Positions 49,466-60,469 are shown, counted from the first letter of the stretch. The stretch: DNA of 64,000 nucleotides from Bacilli bacterium (GCA_017544165.1 JAFYER010000009.1:10401-74400), one strand, 5' to 3'. Notes: generated by a model from the letters alone, not told the origin. A program made the numbers and translations.

Positions 49466-50641
49466 TTAATCTTTTTTAGGAATTATTATTGGCGTAATAA
49501 CATAATCCATCAATAGCATTAATCCTACAGATAATAGTATTGTTACGCCATATGTTACAAGACATGTAGTATGGAGATTTTCAATACCAACAAATTTATG
49601 AAGATATCCTATAATTGGATAATGTAGCATATAAATATATAATGCTAATTTTCCAGGATATTTCCAAATTGGATAATCAAGTAACTGAGTTAAATAATCT
49701 TGATTTAAAAGTACTAAGAAAACAACAATTGCACAAAGCCCATTAATTGTTGCAAATGTAAATGATGTTCCCCATATCATGTGATAAACAACAATTGCAC
49801 TTGCTAATACATTTGCTATTGTCAAAAATACTTTTGAGCCAGTACCAAATTTATGATTATTTAACTTGTCAACCCATACATAGAACACACAACCCATACC
49901 AATACATACTAATGCTTGTAAAAATGCTGTGCTGAAACTACTTTTGCCAATAAATGTATACCACATACCAGATATTCCATTTAGGTGGAAGTATCCATAT
50001 ACAAAGATAAAGCCAATAGGTGCAAGTATACCAATAAACCAATCTTCACATTTTTCAAGTAAGAAATAAATAATATATCCTACGATTAAAAGACATGAGA
50101 TAAACCATAAAGGTCCATTCATTAGCATGTGACTTTCAGGCATAAGTCCATAAACACTATTTCCAATTCCTAAACCAGAAAGAACGCATCCACCCCATTC
50201 CCATAAAGAGTCAACAGCTACTTTTAACCATTGGTTAACAGGAATGTCATTATAAAGATTTGTTAATACCAAGCCAAATACTAAGCAAATCAAGAAAGCA
50301 GGATAAAAAGTTTTAATACGTTTTGCCAAATACTTTCCAGCTTCACTAGATGCAGTTGTTTTTTCTTTATCGCCACGAGCATTTTTATTTTTAACATGCG
50401 TTTTCATTAAGAAAAAGCCGGTAATTAAATAGAAAATAATAATTACATCAAGACTGCCTTTGAACATAACATGAGGTTGTCCATTTATTATTTTAACCCA
50501 TGGAGCTTCATGCCAATATACTGTTGGATATACGATATAAACATGTACTAAAATAAATATCATACAGCTTACAAAACGCCAAAATTCAACAGCATAGTTC
50601 ATCTTTTTTACTGGTTTTACTTCTTTTTTGGTTCTTGCCAT
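49466..50641 (-). CDS. Acyltransferase-3 (OafA-like) membrane O-acyltransferase
   Basis: VEFWRFVSC...VH, FYLITGF, KRIKTFYP, NGPLWFI, LYIYMLHYP; about 10 TM helices. Confidence 0.85.
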   Translation of the reverse strand: MARTKKEVKPVKKMNYAVEFWRFVSCMIFILVHVYIVYPTVYWHEAPWVKIINGQPHVMFKGSLDVIIIFYLITGFFLMKTHVKNKNARGDKEKTTASSEAGKYLAKRIKTFYPAFLICLVFGLVLTNLYNDIPVNQWLKVAVDSLWEWGGCVLSGLGIGNSVYGLMPESHMLMNGPLWFISCLLIVGYIIYFLLEKCEDWFIGILAPIGFIFVYGYFHLNGISGMWYTFIGKSSFSTAFLQALVCIGMGCVFYVWVDKLNNHKFGTGSKVFLTIANVLASAIVVYHMIWGTSFTFATINGLCAIVVFLVLLNQDYLTQLLDYPIWKYPGKLALYIYMLHYPIIGYLHKFVGIENLHTTCLVTYGVTILLSVGLMLLMDYVITPIIIPKKD

Positions 50642-50750
50642 ATTACTCCTTTCTAAAATAGTTTCCTATCTTAAAATAATTATATCAAATACTAAAAGCA
50701 AATCAATTATTAATTGACTTATAATAAATTGAAAAAATATATGTAAGTAT

Positions 50751-52184
50751 TTATCTGGAATTTCTCGTTTGTGCTTGAGCCATTTCTAAATAATCATCTG
50801 CCCATTTTTCAAACAAGCCGATATCAATTCTTCCTATAAATTTTAAATTATAATCATTAATATTTCTTGGATCAGCATCAAACATAATTATTTTTTGATC
50901 TTGAGTTACATACCATCTTCCATGGGCGAAAGAATTTCTTATTTTTTCTTTATCATAAACTCTTCCCGCAATTTGGATTTTGTCGTCGTAACAATAATGC
51001 ATTATAACGGCATCTATGTAAGTTATCACAGGAAAAACTTGTATAAATTCACCATCTAACATATTTTTAAAAAAATCTCTAGAATAACTATATCCCCTGA
51101 TGGATAACAAATCATGTAATTCACTATCCATATCATTGTAAGAAGATGGTTTCGCATCTCCATTTAAAACTATTGCTATATGGTTTATTACTTCGCGAAT
51201 GCTTAATGATGGATTTTCAAAATAAGAGCCACATAAAATCACTTGTTGCTCAATATCCTTCTGTTTCATTGCCGCTATTGGAATAACTTTTGCCAAAAAA
51301 TAATACATAATAGCATTTACATCGTCATCAAGTAGATCTCTATAGTTAGTCTTGTATCTTACTATTAAGTCTTTAAGCTTCCTTTTTTGGAATTTGTCCA
51401 AACTATATACTACTGGTTCACTTATTGTTTTAGCAAAAGCATGCATTTCATCACTTCTTGAAAGTAGCTCTTCATTTGTTAATCCTGATGTATTTATAAA
51501 AGCATTAAATCTTTCGATTGTTTCTCGTGGCATTTTTCTTGTAAAATAATAATGAATAAATTTTATCTTATCGAGCTCAGTGTCTAAATCACTAGAAAAA
51601 ATATTAAAATCATCAGGAATATCAAAACTCAAAAACAATTGATTTTGTCTTTTAGAAATTACCATTCTAAAAACTTTTAGCAAATATTCAAAATCAAATT
51701 TAATTTTTACCAATTGAGCGGTTATTCCCTTTTCTATCTCTTTTTTTGTCCTAATATCACGTAATTCTATTTCAAAATTTTTTCCATTTTCAGATATTTT
51801 AAATTTATCAAAATCCGGTGAATCATTATGGTTAAAGGCATTTCTAATTATTTGAATTATTTTTTTGTTAGTTAATCCAGAAGGAGCATTAATAATATTG
51901 CATCCCTCTTCCATTCCCTCTAAATCGTTATTACTTAAAAAATCTTCTCTATTAAGTAAAAAATCCTCAACTATGGAAAAATTCTTAAAAATATTATATG
52001 CAATATAAACTCTTCGCATTCTATCATAATACTCTTTGGAATTATCTTCAAATCTACCGCTTCTTATCATATAATTTTCAAATACTCTACCAATTGAAAT
52101 ACTTGGATTACTCATTAAAATATTTTGAATGTTTGCATAGTCTTTCAAGTATTGAAGCATTTTTTCTTTTGACATTGATACCAT
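50751..52184 (-). CDS. Hypothetical protein with two HEPN-like RxxxxH motifs
   Basis: IRNAFNH near residue 115 and IRNSFAH near residue 417. Confidence 0.55.
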   Translation of the reverse strand: MVSMSKEKMLQYLKDYANIQNILMSNPSISIGRVFENYMIRSGRFEDNSKEYYDRMRRVYIAYNIFKNFSIVEDFLLNREDFLSNNDLEGMEEGCNIINAPSGLTNKKIIQIIRNAFNHNDSPDFDKFKISENGKNFEIELRDIRTKKEIEKGITAQLVKIKFDFEYLLKVFRMVISKRQNQLFLSFDIPDDFNIFSSDLDTELDKIKFIHYYFTRKMPRETIERFNAFINTSGLTNEELLSRSDEMHAFAKTISEPVVYSLDKFQKRKLKDLIVRYKTNYRDLLDDDVNAIMYYFLAKVIPIAAMKQKDIEQQVILCGSYFENPSLSIREVINHIAIVLNGDAKPSSYNDMDSELHDLLSIRGYSYSRDFFKNMLDGEFIQVFPVITYIDAVIMHYCYDDKIQIAGRVYDKEKIRNSFAHGRWYVTQDQKIIMFDADPRNINDYNLKFIGRIDIGLFEKWADDYLEMAQAQTRNSR

Positions 52185-52245
52185 TATTTCACTTCCAATA
52201 ATATTATAGCATGGAATCGAAATTAAAATATTTAATATCCATTGT

Positions 52246-54210
52246 TTAACATCTATGATTCATGTCTAAAGATTCAGCGGTATTTAAAAAATGTTCATTA
52301 TTTGATGTTTCATTTTTTGTAAAAATTAACTTACGATTTTTAATTTCATATCCAACATTCAATAATTCAGAATAATAATGTTTTAATACTATAGGATCGT
52401 CACTATTAACAAATGTATCTATTGTTCCATCTTGAAACACCATAATAAACCAGTTTAAAGTACATATTGTATACAATTCACTTTTCGATAATAAATCATT
52501 ATAATAGCGAGCCATTTCTTCTTCAGTAGTTACTTTAAACTTAGCATAACGTAATGAAATTAATATTTTTTCAATTTTTCCATATATGGCACTATTAATT
52601 GGGGTACTTTTATTTCTTCTATAAATGGTATTATTTACTTCATGATATCGTGCATCAGGTTCAAATAATCTTATATCATTTATTGATTTGCCATCCTTTA
52701 AAGATAATAAACCTTGATAGTTTTCTATACCATTATAAAATTGATGATTATTATCCAAAATAGGATTGATAATAAATGGTAATGTTTTTTTATTGTAGGG
52801 TATTGTATTATTATTTGATAATCCTATAATACTTGCCACTATTTCATCTTGACCATTATTCATTTGGAGCATTATAAAATTAATTGCTTTTTTAACAGCA
52901 TTATATAGTTTTTCACCTGTGATTTGATTAGGTATTCTTTTACTTAACTCTATTCCTTGTGCAATCAGCACATTACCATTACGCATTAATAAAACCATTC
53001 CAAAATCTTTATATTCTTTTGTAGAAATTGCTAATATGCGCATATGAGGATTACTCAAAAAATTATTAAAAAGCATAAAAGCATCTCCATTTATTCTAAA
53101 ACAATTGCCCGCTCTATAACCCATAACAAGGTTTCTAGCATCGGTTAATGGTAGTAAATCAAAAATATAACCATCTTCACTTGGAATTTTTGTACTAATG
53201 ATAGATGATTTTGTTTTAAACTTTAATTTAGAATTATAAGCTTTTAAATTCTTTTCAATTATTTCAGACTCGCTTTCTGTTATCCCGTATTTATGATAAT
53301 AAGATGAAAGCATATCGTTTAAAACATCTCCACTCAATTCTGGATTCTCCAACTCTGGAGCCAAATATCTCTCTTTTAATAAAATAGATACTTTTGATGG
53401 ATTAAGCTTAGTTCCCAATTTATCTATAAAGCAATTAATAGTATTATAAAAGTAATCAAAATTAATGAATAATTCTAGATTTCTACCCTCTAACATCAAT
53501 CTCATATTATTATTGGGATCTTTTTTACTTCCAAACAAAAAATTGTTAAAAACTTTGTTAATATCATCACTAGCATTTTTTACATTTAGATTATTAAATA
53601 AATAAAAAATACTATCATAATCTACAGTACCATATTTACCTTTTAAAATATCTATTGTATTATCAAGACCAACTGATAAATACATTATTATAGCAATTCT
53701 TATATATTCTTTTTCACTGCCAAAACAAGGTTTTCTAAGCAACCATTGGGCTTTGCTTGCAAGCATTTTCTTTAATTCTAATTTATCATTTTTTATATCT
53801 AATGATTTAAGAAGGTCTACTATAAGTTTAATATGTTTATTCGGTAAGTTATAAAAGTCAAAGGGACTAATAAGTTGTTCTATTTCATACGCATTTACAT
53901 CAATATTTTTTAAGAATCTGATTAAATCATAAATGTTTTTTGTTAATAATATATTGAATAATTCTTTATATTTATAACTATGAAGATAATTCATAAATAA
54001 TACATAAAAATCTTCGGGGAAATCGATAGAAGTATAATAATTATTCAAAAAAATTTTTACAAAATCAATATCAGTATTTTGTAAATGAGTTAACATAATA
54101 AATAATCTTGCAGTATCAAAAATATTTAATTGTTGTTTTTTACTTAATTTTATTAAAGATGCCTTTTTATTAAGCTTCATAACCCCCACCTGTGTTATGT
54201 ATTCTAACAT
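52246..54210 (-). CDS. Hypothetical protein, possible PcfJ-like C-terminal domain
   Basis: MGYRAGNCFRINGDA followed by a beta-rich segment; otherwise unrecognised. Confidence 0.55.
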   Translation of the reverse strand: MLEYITQVGVMKLNKKASLIKLSKKQQLNIFDTARLFIMLTHLQNTDIDFVKIFLNNYYTSIDFPEDFYVLFMNYLHSYKYKELFNILLTKNIYDLIRFLKNIDVNAYEIEQLISPFDFYNLPNKHIKLIVDLLKSLDIKNDKLELKKMLASKAQWLLRKPCFGSEKEYIRIAIIMYLSVGLDNTIDILKGKYGTVDYDSIFYLFNNLNVKNASDDINKVFNNFLFGSKKDPNNNMRLMLEGRNLELFINFDYFYNTINCFIDKLGTKLNPSKVSILLKERYLAPELENPELSGDVLNDMLSSYYHKYGITESESEIIEKNLKAYNSKLKFKTKSSIISTKIPSEDGYIFDLLPLTDARNLVMGYRAGNCFRINGDAFMLFNNFLSNPHMRILAISTKEYKDFGMVLLMRNGNVLIAQGIELSKRIPNQITGEKLYNAVKKAINFIMLQMNNGQDEIVASIIGLSNNNTIPYNKKTLPFIINPILDNNHQFYNGIENYQGLLSLKDGKSINDIRLFEPDARYHEVNNTIYRRNKSTPINSAIYGKIEKILISLRYAKFKVTTEEEMARYYNDLLSKSELYTICTLNWFIMVFQDGTIDTFVNSDDPIVLKHYYSELLNVGYEIKNRKLIFTKNETSNNEHFLNTAESLDMNHRC

Positions 54211-54319
54211 TAATAGGTTTTTTTCTCAAGTTTTTTATATGACAAAAAAAAGAGCAATATTTATAATAAATTACTCTTTAATTCGTATGTAAAAACTAAT
54301 ATTTAGACGTTTTTGCAAA

Positions 54320-54682
54320 TTATCTATGCGGCGCACTTAATTCTTCAAGCCCAGTTTTAGAAAAATCCATATTTTCAACTTCTTCTTTTGTACGAAAAGA
54401 TTCAGAACCAAGCATTTCATATCCAATATTTAATAATTCATCAAGCGAACTATAAACTGAAGTTGCCCAACCTTTAACCACCAAAGAGTCAGTAGGGCTG
54501 GATAAACCAGATGATACCGGAATAAACTCAACACTCATACAATAATCAGAATTTTGACCATCTTGAACAGTTAACAATCTAACGCCATTATCTTGTATTA
54601 TTTCTCCACAGTATTTACAATACTTCTTGAATTCTTTGTACAATTCTAATTGATTAACCTTATTTTTAATTTCAATATTCAT
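54320..54682 (-). CDS. Hypothetical protein
   Basis: RBS AGGAGG and an upstream TGTTATAAT extended -10; 120 aa. Confidence 0.7.
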   Translation of the reverse strand: MNIEIKNKVNQLELYKEFKKYCKYCGEIIQDNGVRLLTVQDGQNSDYCMSVEFIPVSSGLSSPTDSLVVKGWATSVYSSLDELLNIGYEMLGSESFRTKEEVENMDFSKTGLEELSAPHR

Positions 54683-54760
54683 ATCATACCTCCTAAGGAG
54701 ATTATAACATATGTTTTTTTAACTGTTATTAATTATTATTTTATTTTACACACCTATCAC

Positions 54761-54868
54761 AAAAAATGGAGCCTTTCGGCTCCTTCAGGGGGTTTTGGTA
54801 CACACTCTTCACATTATTGTGCGTAAAGAGGTGTATTATTTAGTATAGCAATCTCTACTATACTAAAT
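54761..54868 (-). ncRNA. Candidate sRNA (two hairpins, C-rich linker, terminator)
   Basis: Promoter-like TTGCAT-N17-TATCAT or TTGATA-N18-TATAAT; hairpins at 54838-54868 and 54799-54835; AAAACCCCC; GGAGCC-GAAA-GGCTCC-ATTTTTT. Confidence 0.55.
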
Positions 54869-54921
54869 TAATGATATTATAGTTTTTTTAAAAATGCAAT
54901 ATCAATAAATTAACTTTACAG

Positions 54922-56889
54922 CTAGTCTACAATTTCCAAATTATCAACAATATTTTTATAATAATCATTGCTTAAATATCCTTGATCTCTTATATATTCA
55001 TTTGAATCATTCTTGGCTTGGACTAAGATATCATAATCATTTTTTAAATTAGCTATTTTAAAGCACATATCTCCATGTTGCCTTGTTCCAAACAAATCGC
55101 CATGACCACGAAGTTCAAAATCTTTCTCAGAAATATAAAAACCATCATTGCTTTCTTCCATTACTTTAAGTCTTGCATTATCTTTATTACTGATTAAATA
55201 GCAGTAACTTTGTAAATCATTTCTTCCTACTCTACCTCGAAGTTGATGAAGTGATGCTAGTCCAAATCTTTCAGCATTATAAATTATAATCGTTGTCGCA
55301 TTAGGAACATCAATTCCCACTTCAATAACTGTTGTTGAAATAAGTATTTTTATTTTATTATTTTTAAAATCATTCATAATGGCATCTTTTTCATTTTGTT
55401 TCATTTTACCGTGAATAATTTCTGTTCGTATTTTACCTTGAAAAGCTAAATCATATTTTTCTTTTAAAAGATTTACACTTGTTAAATCAAGTTCATCATT
55501 TTGATCGACAAGCGGCGAAACAATATATACTTGATGACCTTTTTTTATTTCCTCGAGAACTGAAAGAAGCACATCTTTTATTTCACTTTCTTTTTTGACT
55601 TTAGTAATTATTTCTTTTCTACCACTCGGTTTTGTTTTAATCATTGAAATATCTAAATCACCATAAATAGTCATTGCATAAGTTCTAGGAATAGGTGTTG
55701 CGGATAAATATAAAATATCAGGACTTGTTGATTTTTTTTGTAAAACACTTCTTTGATTAACCCCAAAACGATGTTGTTCATCAGTAATTACTAAACCTAA
55801 TTTTTTGAATTCAAGTTTTTCATTTAATAAAGAATGAGTTCCAATTAAAAGGTCAACTTCACCTGCTTCTACTCTTTTATAAATTGCTTCCTTTTCTTTT
55901 TTTGTTAGAGAGCCAGTAATAACGTCGACCGATATCTTATATTTTTCCAATGTTTTTTTAATTGAAAAATAATGTTGCAATGCAAGAATTTCAGTCGGAG
56001 CCATAAGTGCAGATTGATATCCTGCTAGGAAACTAGCATAAATAGCTATTGTCGAAACAATCGTTTTTCCGCTTCCTACATCTCCAAGTAAAAGACGATT
56101 CATTTTTCTTTCGGAAGCTAAATCTTCATTTATTTCTTTTACGGCTTTTAATTGATCTTTAGTAAGTGTAAACGGCAGATTTTTAATAAATGTTTCTATT
56201 TTATCATTGGAAAAATTCTTAGCTATTCCTTCACTTTTTTTATTTTTCTTATCTAGATAATTCATTTTAAATGAAAACTCAAAAAGCTCTTCATATACTA
56301 GTCTTTTTCTTGCATTTGCAATATCAATCTTTTTTTCAGGAAAATGAATTTTGGTAAGTGACTCTTTTAAACCTAAAAAATTATATTTTGTATTGTATTC
56401 TTCTGGTATTCTATCTATATAATTGCCATAATCTATAGCACTTTTAATTAACTTTGAAATTGCTTTATTTGTTATGCCGCTTGTCAAATGATAAACTGGT
56501 TCAATATCACCAGACTTAATATCAAACTTAATATCACTTGCTGTAAAAGTATTACCTTTATACTTGCCAATTAAAGTAACTATTTTTGATATCTGTAAGC
56601 TTTGTTTTAAAAATGCCCGATTAAAAATGACAACATTGACAATTGAATTATTAATCATTGTTTTAAAAGATAATTTATTTAAATTTCTTTTTATATAGGA
56701 AACAACTGGTGCTGACTCTATCATTGCACTTACTATTATAGTTTCATCTGTTTCTTTCAATTGATCAAAAGAATAAGTATTATATCGATATGGATAATAT
56801 GATACTAAATCATTTATACTCTCGATGTTTAACTTTTTTAAATAACTAATTGTTTTAGGTCCAATACCTTTTAGTTGATTTAATTCCAT
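54922..56889 (-). CDS. recG: ATP-dependent DNA helicase RecG
   Basis: RLLLGDVGSGKT, MAPTEILA, DEQHRFGV, SATPIPRT, LHQLRGRVGR, DFELRGHGDLFGTRQHG. Confidence 0.97.
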   Translation of the reverse strand: MELNQLKGIGPKTISYLKKLNIESINDLVSYYPYRYNTYSFDQLKETDETIIVSAMIESAPVVSYIKRNLNKLSFKTMINNSIVNVVIFNRAFLKQSLQISKIVTLIGKYKGNTFTASDIKFDIKSGDIEPVYHLTSGITNKAISKLIKSAIDYGNYIDRIPEEYNTKYNFLGLKESLTKIHFPEKKIDIANARKRLVYEELFEFSFKMNYLDKKNKKSEGIAKNFSNDKIETFIKNLPFTLTKDQLKAVKEINEDLASERKMNRLLLGDVGSGKTIVSTIAIYASFLAGYQSALMAPTEILALQHYFSIKKTLEKYKISVDVITGSLTKKEKEAIYKRVEAGEVDLLIGTHSLLNEKLEFKKLGLVITDEQHRFGVNQRSVLQKKSTSPDILYLSATPIPRTYAMTIYGDLDISMIKTKPSGRKEIITKVKKESEIKDVLLSVLEEIKKGHQVYIVSPLVDQNDELDLTSVNLLKEKYDLAFQGKIRTEIIHGKMKQNEKDAIMNDFKNNKIKILISTTVIEVGIDVPNATTIIIYNAERFGLASLHQLRGRVGRNDLQSYCYLISNKDNARLKVMEESNDGFYISEKDFELRGHGDLFGTRQHGDMCFKIANLKNDYDILVQAKNDSNEYIRDQGYLSNDYYKNIVDNLEIVD

Positions 56890-57004
56890 ACTACCTCCAT
56901 AGCTATACTATATAATGTTTTTTTAATAATGACAATTGCCAAAAATAAATTGTAAATTTTGTGTAAATATCATTGACTTTTAATGCCCTTTGAATTAGTA
57001 TAGT

Positions 57005-57100
57005 AAATACCAAATCACTTGAGAAGGCGATTTGGTGCTAGTATCACACTAGTCAACCCCTTTTTATTCTTTGGAGCCATCACATAAGTGATGGCTTCGT
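57005..57100 (+). ncRNA. Candidate sRNA with the same architecture as 54761..54868
   Basis: TTGACT-N17-TAGTAT (56973-57001); hairpins at 57008-57037 and 57038-57052; AACCCC; GGAGCCATCAC-ATAA-GTGATGGCTTC. Confidence 0.45.
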
Positions 57101-57130
57101 AAATTTACACATTAAAAAACTGATTTAAAA

Positions 57131-60100
57131 TCAGTTTTTATTTTGCAAATCTTTATAATAACTATAGCGTTTTATGGCATTTTGTTTTTGCTCTTCGAGG
57201 ATAATATCGGCAAATTCTTTATTCTTAATTTTTAAAGCTTTAAACCTTACTTCATTATCTAAGAAGGCTTGATATTTATCAAAGTTAGGTTCTGGCGAAT
57301 CTAAATAAAGCTTACCATTGATGCTATGCATTAAGAGCGTATATCCGCATTCAACAGCGAGTTTTTCCTCACTAATTGAGCATGAAAGGCCATTTTTAAT
57401 ACCATGCTCATTACATGGGCAATAAGCTATTATTATAGCAGGTCCTTGATGTTCATCAGCCTCCTTGAATGTTTTAATTGTATGCATCATATTAGCACCC
57501 AATGAAATACTTGCTACATAACAGTTTTCAATAGAACTAGCAATTCTAAATAAATCTTTTTTATTGGTCTTTTTACCAAAGTCGGCAAACTCTGCAACCG
57601 CTCCTTTATTAGTTGCTTTACTAGCTTGACCACCAGTATTTGAATAAACTTCAGTATCTAATACTAAAATCTTAATATTTTCATTTGAATGAAGAATATG
57701 ATCAAGACCATTATAGCCAATATCATATGCCCATCCATCACCACCGATAGCCCATACAGTTCTTGCTGGGAGATATTCTTTTAAATTTTTTAATTCTAAA
57801 GGAATACTTTCATCTTTTAGATTATTTGCTACTTTTGTAGTAACATCCACATTTTCCTCATTATTTAAATATTCATTAAATAATTCTTTAGTTTGATTAT
57901 CGACAGCCTCTAGAGAGTTTTCCATAATACTTCTTATTTGTCTTCTTTTTTGCTTATAAGATATATGAAGTCCATAAGCAAATTCAGCATTATCCTCGAA
58001 AAGCGAATTAGCCCAAGGAATTGAATATGGTGTCGAAGGACTGCTTGCACCATAAATACTTGAACATCCTGTTGCATTGGCAATAACTAATTTATCACCA
58101 AATAATTGGGTTAATAGTCTAATATAAGGAGTTTCACCGCATCCAGCACATGCACCAGAAAATTCAAATCTTGGCTTTTCTAAGCTAGCTCCCTTTATTG
58201 TGAATTTATCAAATAATTGATAATTAATACTATCAAAAAGTTTGTCTGTCGGCTCAACATTTTCTTCCATAGTAAGTGCTTTAGTAGGACAAATTGAAGC
58301 ACATAAATTACATCCTGTACAATCCTTATTAGAAATACCTACATAGAAATTATAATCTTCTTTTCCTGTTAGTGGTTTACCAATAGTTTTATCTTTTGTT
58401 ACAAAATTTCGAATTACAGCATGAGGGCAAACCATAGCACACATTCCACATTCAATACATTTTTCGCTATTCCATTTTGGTGTTAGAATAGAAATATTTC
58501 TTTTTTCTTTCTTTGACAAACTTCCCGGAATAGAACCATCTGCAATTGGTAAAACATCTTTGACAGAAAGACTATTACCCTTACGATTTTCCATAATGCT
58601 AAAGATATCTTCATCATTATTAACACTGCTATTATTTACATCATTTATTTTAATTTCTACAATACTATTAAGTGATTCATTAACAGCATTAATATTATTA
58701 TCAACAATATCTTGGCCTTTTGTAGCAAATGCTTTTTTAATTGATTCAATGACTAGTTCTTTAGCATTTTCTATACCAAGTAGCTTTAAGATATTTACTT
58801 CCATTATTTTGCTTATTTTACCTTTTATATTGTTGGTATAAGCAATTTTATCAGCATTAATAATATTTATTTTTAAATCTTTTTCTTTAATAATCTTTTT
58901 AACATCATTTGGTATTAACTTATTTAGTTCTTCTTCATTTCTAATAGTATTAATTAAGATATAAGCTCCATTTTTAGCATCACTAAGCATATCATAATGC
59001 TTAAAATATTCATCTTTAGTAATTACCACTATTTCGGGATTTTGAACGTAATAAGGAGCATTTATAGGTTTATCACCTATTCTCAAATGTGATATAGTAA
59101 CTCCACCACTTTTTTTGGAATCATATTCAAAATAACCTTGAACATATTTACCATGAGCTTCATTAACAAGAGTCAATATATCTTTTGAGGCACTAACCAT
59201 TCCATCAGAACCAAAACCATATATTTTAAATTCACTAACACCTAAATCTATCAAATAGTCTTCGGTTGGTAAACTAAGATAAGTTACATCATCATTAATA
59301 CCTATTGTGAAATTATGTTTTGGACTGCTTGCAAGCATATTATAAACCGCCATTATTTGATCAGGTGAAGTATTTTTTGAAGAAAGTCCATATCTTCCAC
59401 CGACAATTTCAATATTAGTGTTTTTTAAGGCTCCTAAAACATCTAGATAAAGTGGTTCACCAATAGAACCAGCTTCTTTTGTCCTATCTAAAACAGCAAT
59501 TTTTTGAACTGTTTTTGGTAAGACATTTAATAGATACTTTTCACTAAATGGTCGATAAAGATGAACTTCGATTAATCCTAGTTTATTACCATTCTTATTT
59601 TCTTTATCAATTACTAATTTTATAGTATCACAAACGCTTCCCATAGCAACAATAACATTTGTTGCATCATTTGCGCCATAATAATTAAATGGTTTATAAT
59701 CTTTACCAGTTAATTTATTAATCTCTTCCATGTAACCGTTAACTATATCAGGTATTTCAAGATATTTAGGATTTCTTGCCTCCATACATTGGAAATAAAC
59801 ATCTTCGGTTTGACTTGTACCAAATTCTTTATGACAGCCAACATTAAGAGCTCTTTGTTTAAATTCATTTAAAGCTTTTTTATCAACTAGTTTTAATAAA
59901 TCAACTTCATTTAATTCACTTATTGTATTAAGTTCATGGCTTGTTCTAAAACCATCAAAAAAATGAATGAATGGAAGTGAACCCTTAATTGCTGACAAAT
60001 GAGCAACAGCAGCTAGGTTAGCGGCATCTTCGACATTAGTAGAAGCAAGCATACACCATCCCGTTTGTCTTACAGCGTATATATCTTGATGATCACCAAA

Positions 60101-60469
60101 GATCGAAAGAGCATGCGTAGCTAAACTTCTTGAAGCAGTATGAATAACCCCTGGCCACATCTCACCAGCTATTTTATACATATTTGGAATCATAAGTAAT
60201 AGACCTTGACTAGCCGTAAATGTCGTAGCAAGTGAGCCACTCATAAGTGCTCCATGAAGCGCCCCAGCAGCGCCAGCTTCCGATTCCATCTCGACTACCT
60301 CAGGCTTAAAATTATATAAATTATTTAAATCTGTATGTGATAAATAATCAATATTTTCTGCCATCGGCGAAGAAGGGGTTATAGGATAAATAGCACATAC
60401 CTCACTAAAAAGATATGCCACTCTACTACAAGCTTTATTTCCATCAACGATTTTCATTTTCATCACCAT
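57131..60469 (-). CDS. nifJ: Pyruvate:ferredoxin (flavodoxin) oxidoreductase
   Basis: YPITPSSPMAE, TFTASQGLLLMIPN, two CxxCxxCxxxCP clusters, FSGACAGCGETPY, GGDGWAYDIG, YSNTGGQ. Confidence 0.97.
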   Translation of the reverse strand: MVMKMKIVDGNKACSRVAYLFSEVCAIYPITPSSPMAENIDYLSHTDLNNLYNFKPEVVEMESEAGAAGALHGALMSGSLATTFTASQGLLLMIPNMYKIAGEMWPGVIHTASRSLATHALSIFGDHQDIYAVRQTGWCMLASTNVEDAANLAAVAHLSAIKGSLPFIHFFDGFRTSHELNTISELNEVDLLKLVDKKALNEFKQRALNVGCHKEFGTSQTEDVYFQCMEARNPKYLEIPDIVNGYMEEINKLTGKDYKPFNYYGANDATNVIVAMGSVCDTIKLVIDKENKNGNKLGLIEVHLYRPFSEKYLLNVLPKTVQKIAVLDRTKEAGSIGEPLYLDVLGALKNTNIEIVGGRYGLSSKNTSPDQIMAVYNMLASSPKHNFTIGINDDVTYLSLPTEDYLIDLGVSEFKIYGFGSDGMVSASKDILTLVNEAHGKYVQGYFEYDSKKSGGVTISHLRIGDKPINAPYYVQNPEIVVITKDEYFKHYDMLSDAKNGAYILINTIRNEEELNKLIPNDVKKIIKEKDLKINIINADKIAYTNNIKGKISKIMEVNILKLLGIENAKELVIESIKKAFATKGQDIVDNNINAVNESLNSIVEIKINDVNNSSVNNDEDIFSIMENRKGNSLSVKDVLPIADGSIPGSLSKKEKRNISILTPKWNSEKCIECGMCAMVCPHAVIRNFVTKDKTIGKPLTGKEDYNFYVGISNKDCTGCNLCASICPTKALTMEENVEPTDKLFDSINYQLFDKFTIKGASLEKPRFEFSGACAGCGETPYIRLLTQLFGDKLVIANATGCSSIYGASSPSTPYSIPWANSLFEDNAEFAYGLHISYKQKRRQIRSIMENSLEAVDNQTKELFNEYLNNEENVDVTTKVANNLKDESIPLELKNLKEYLPARTVWAIGGDGWAYDIGYNGLDHILHSNENIKILVLDTEVYSNTGGQASKATNKGAVAEFADFGKKTNKKDLFRIASSIENCYVASISLGANMMHTIKTFKEADEHQGPAIIIAYCPCNEHGIKNGLSCSISEEKLAVECGYTLLMHSINGKLYLDSPEPNFDKYQAFLDNEVRFKALKIKNKEFADIILEEQKQNAIKRYSYYKDLQNKN

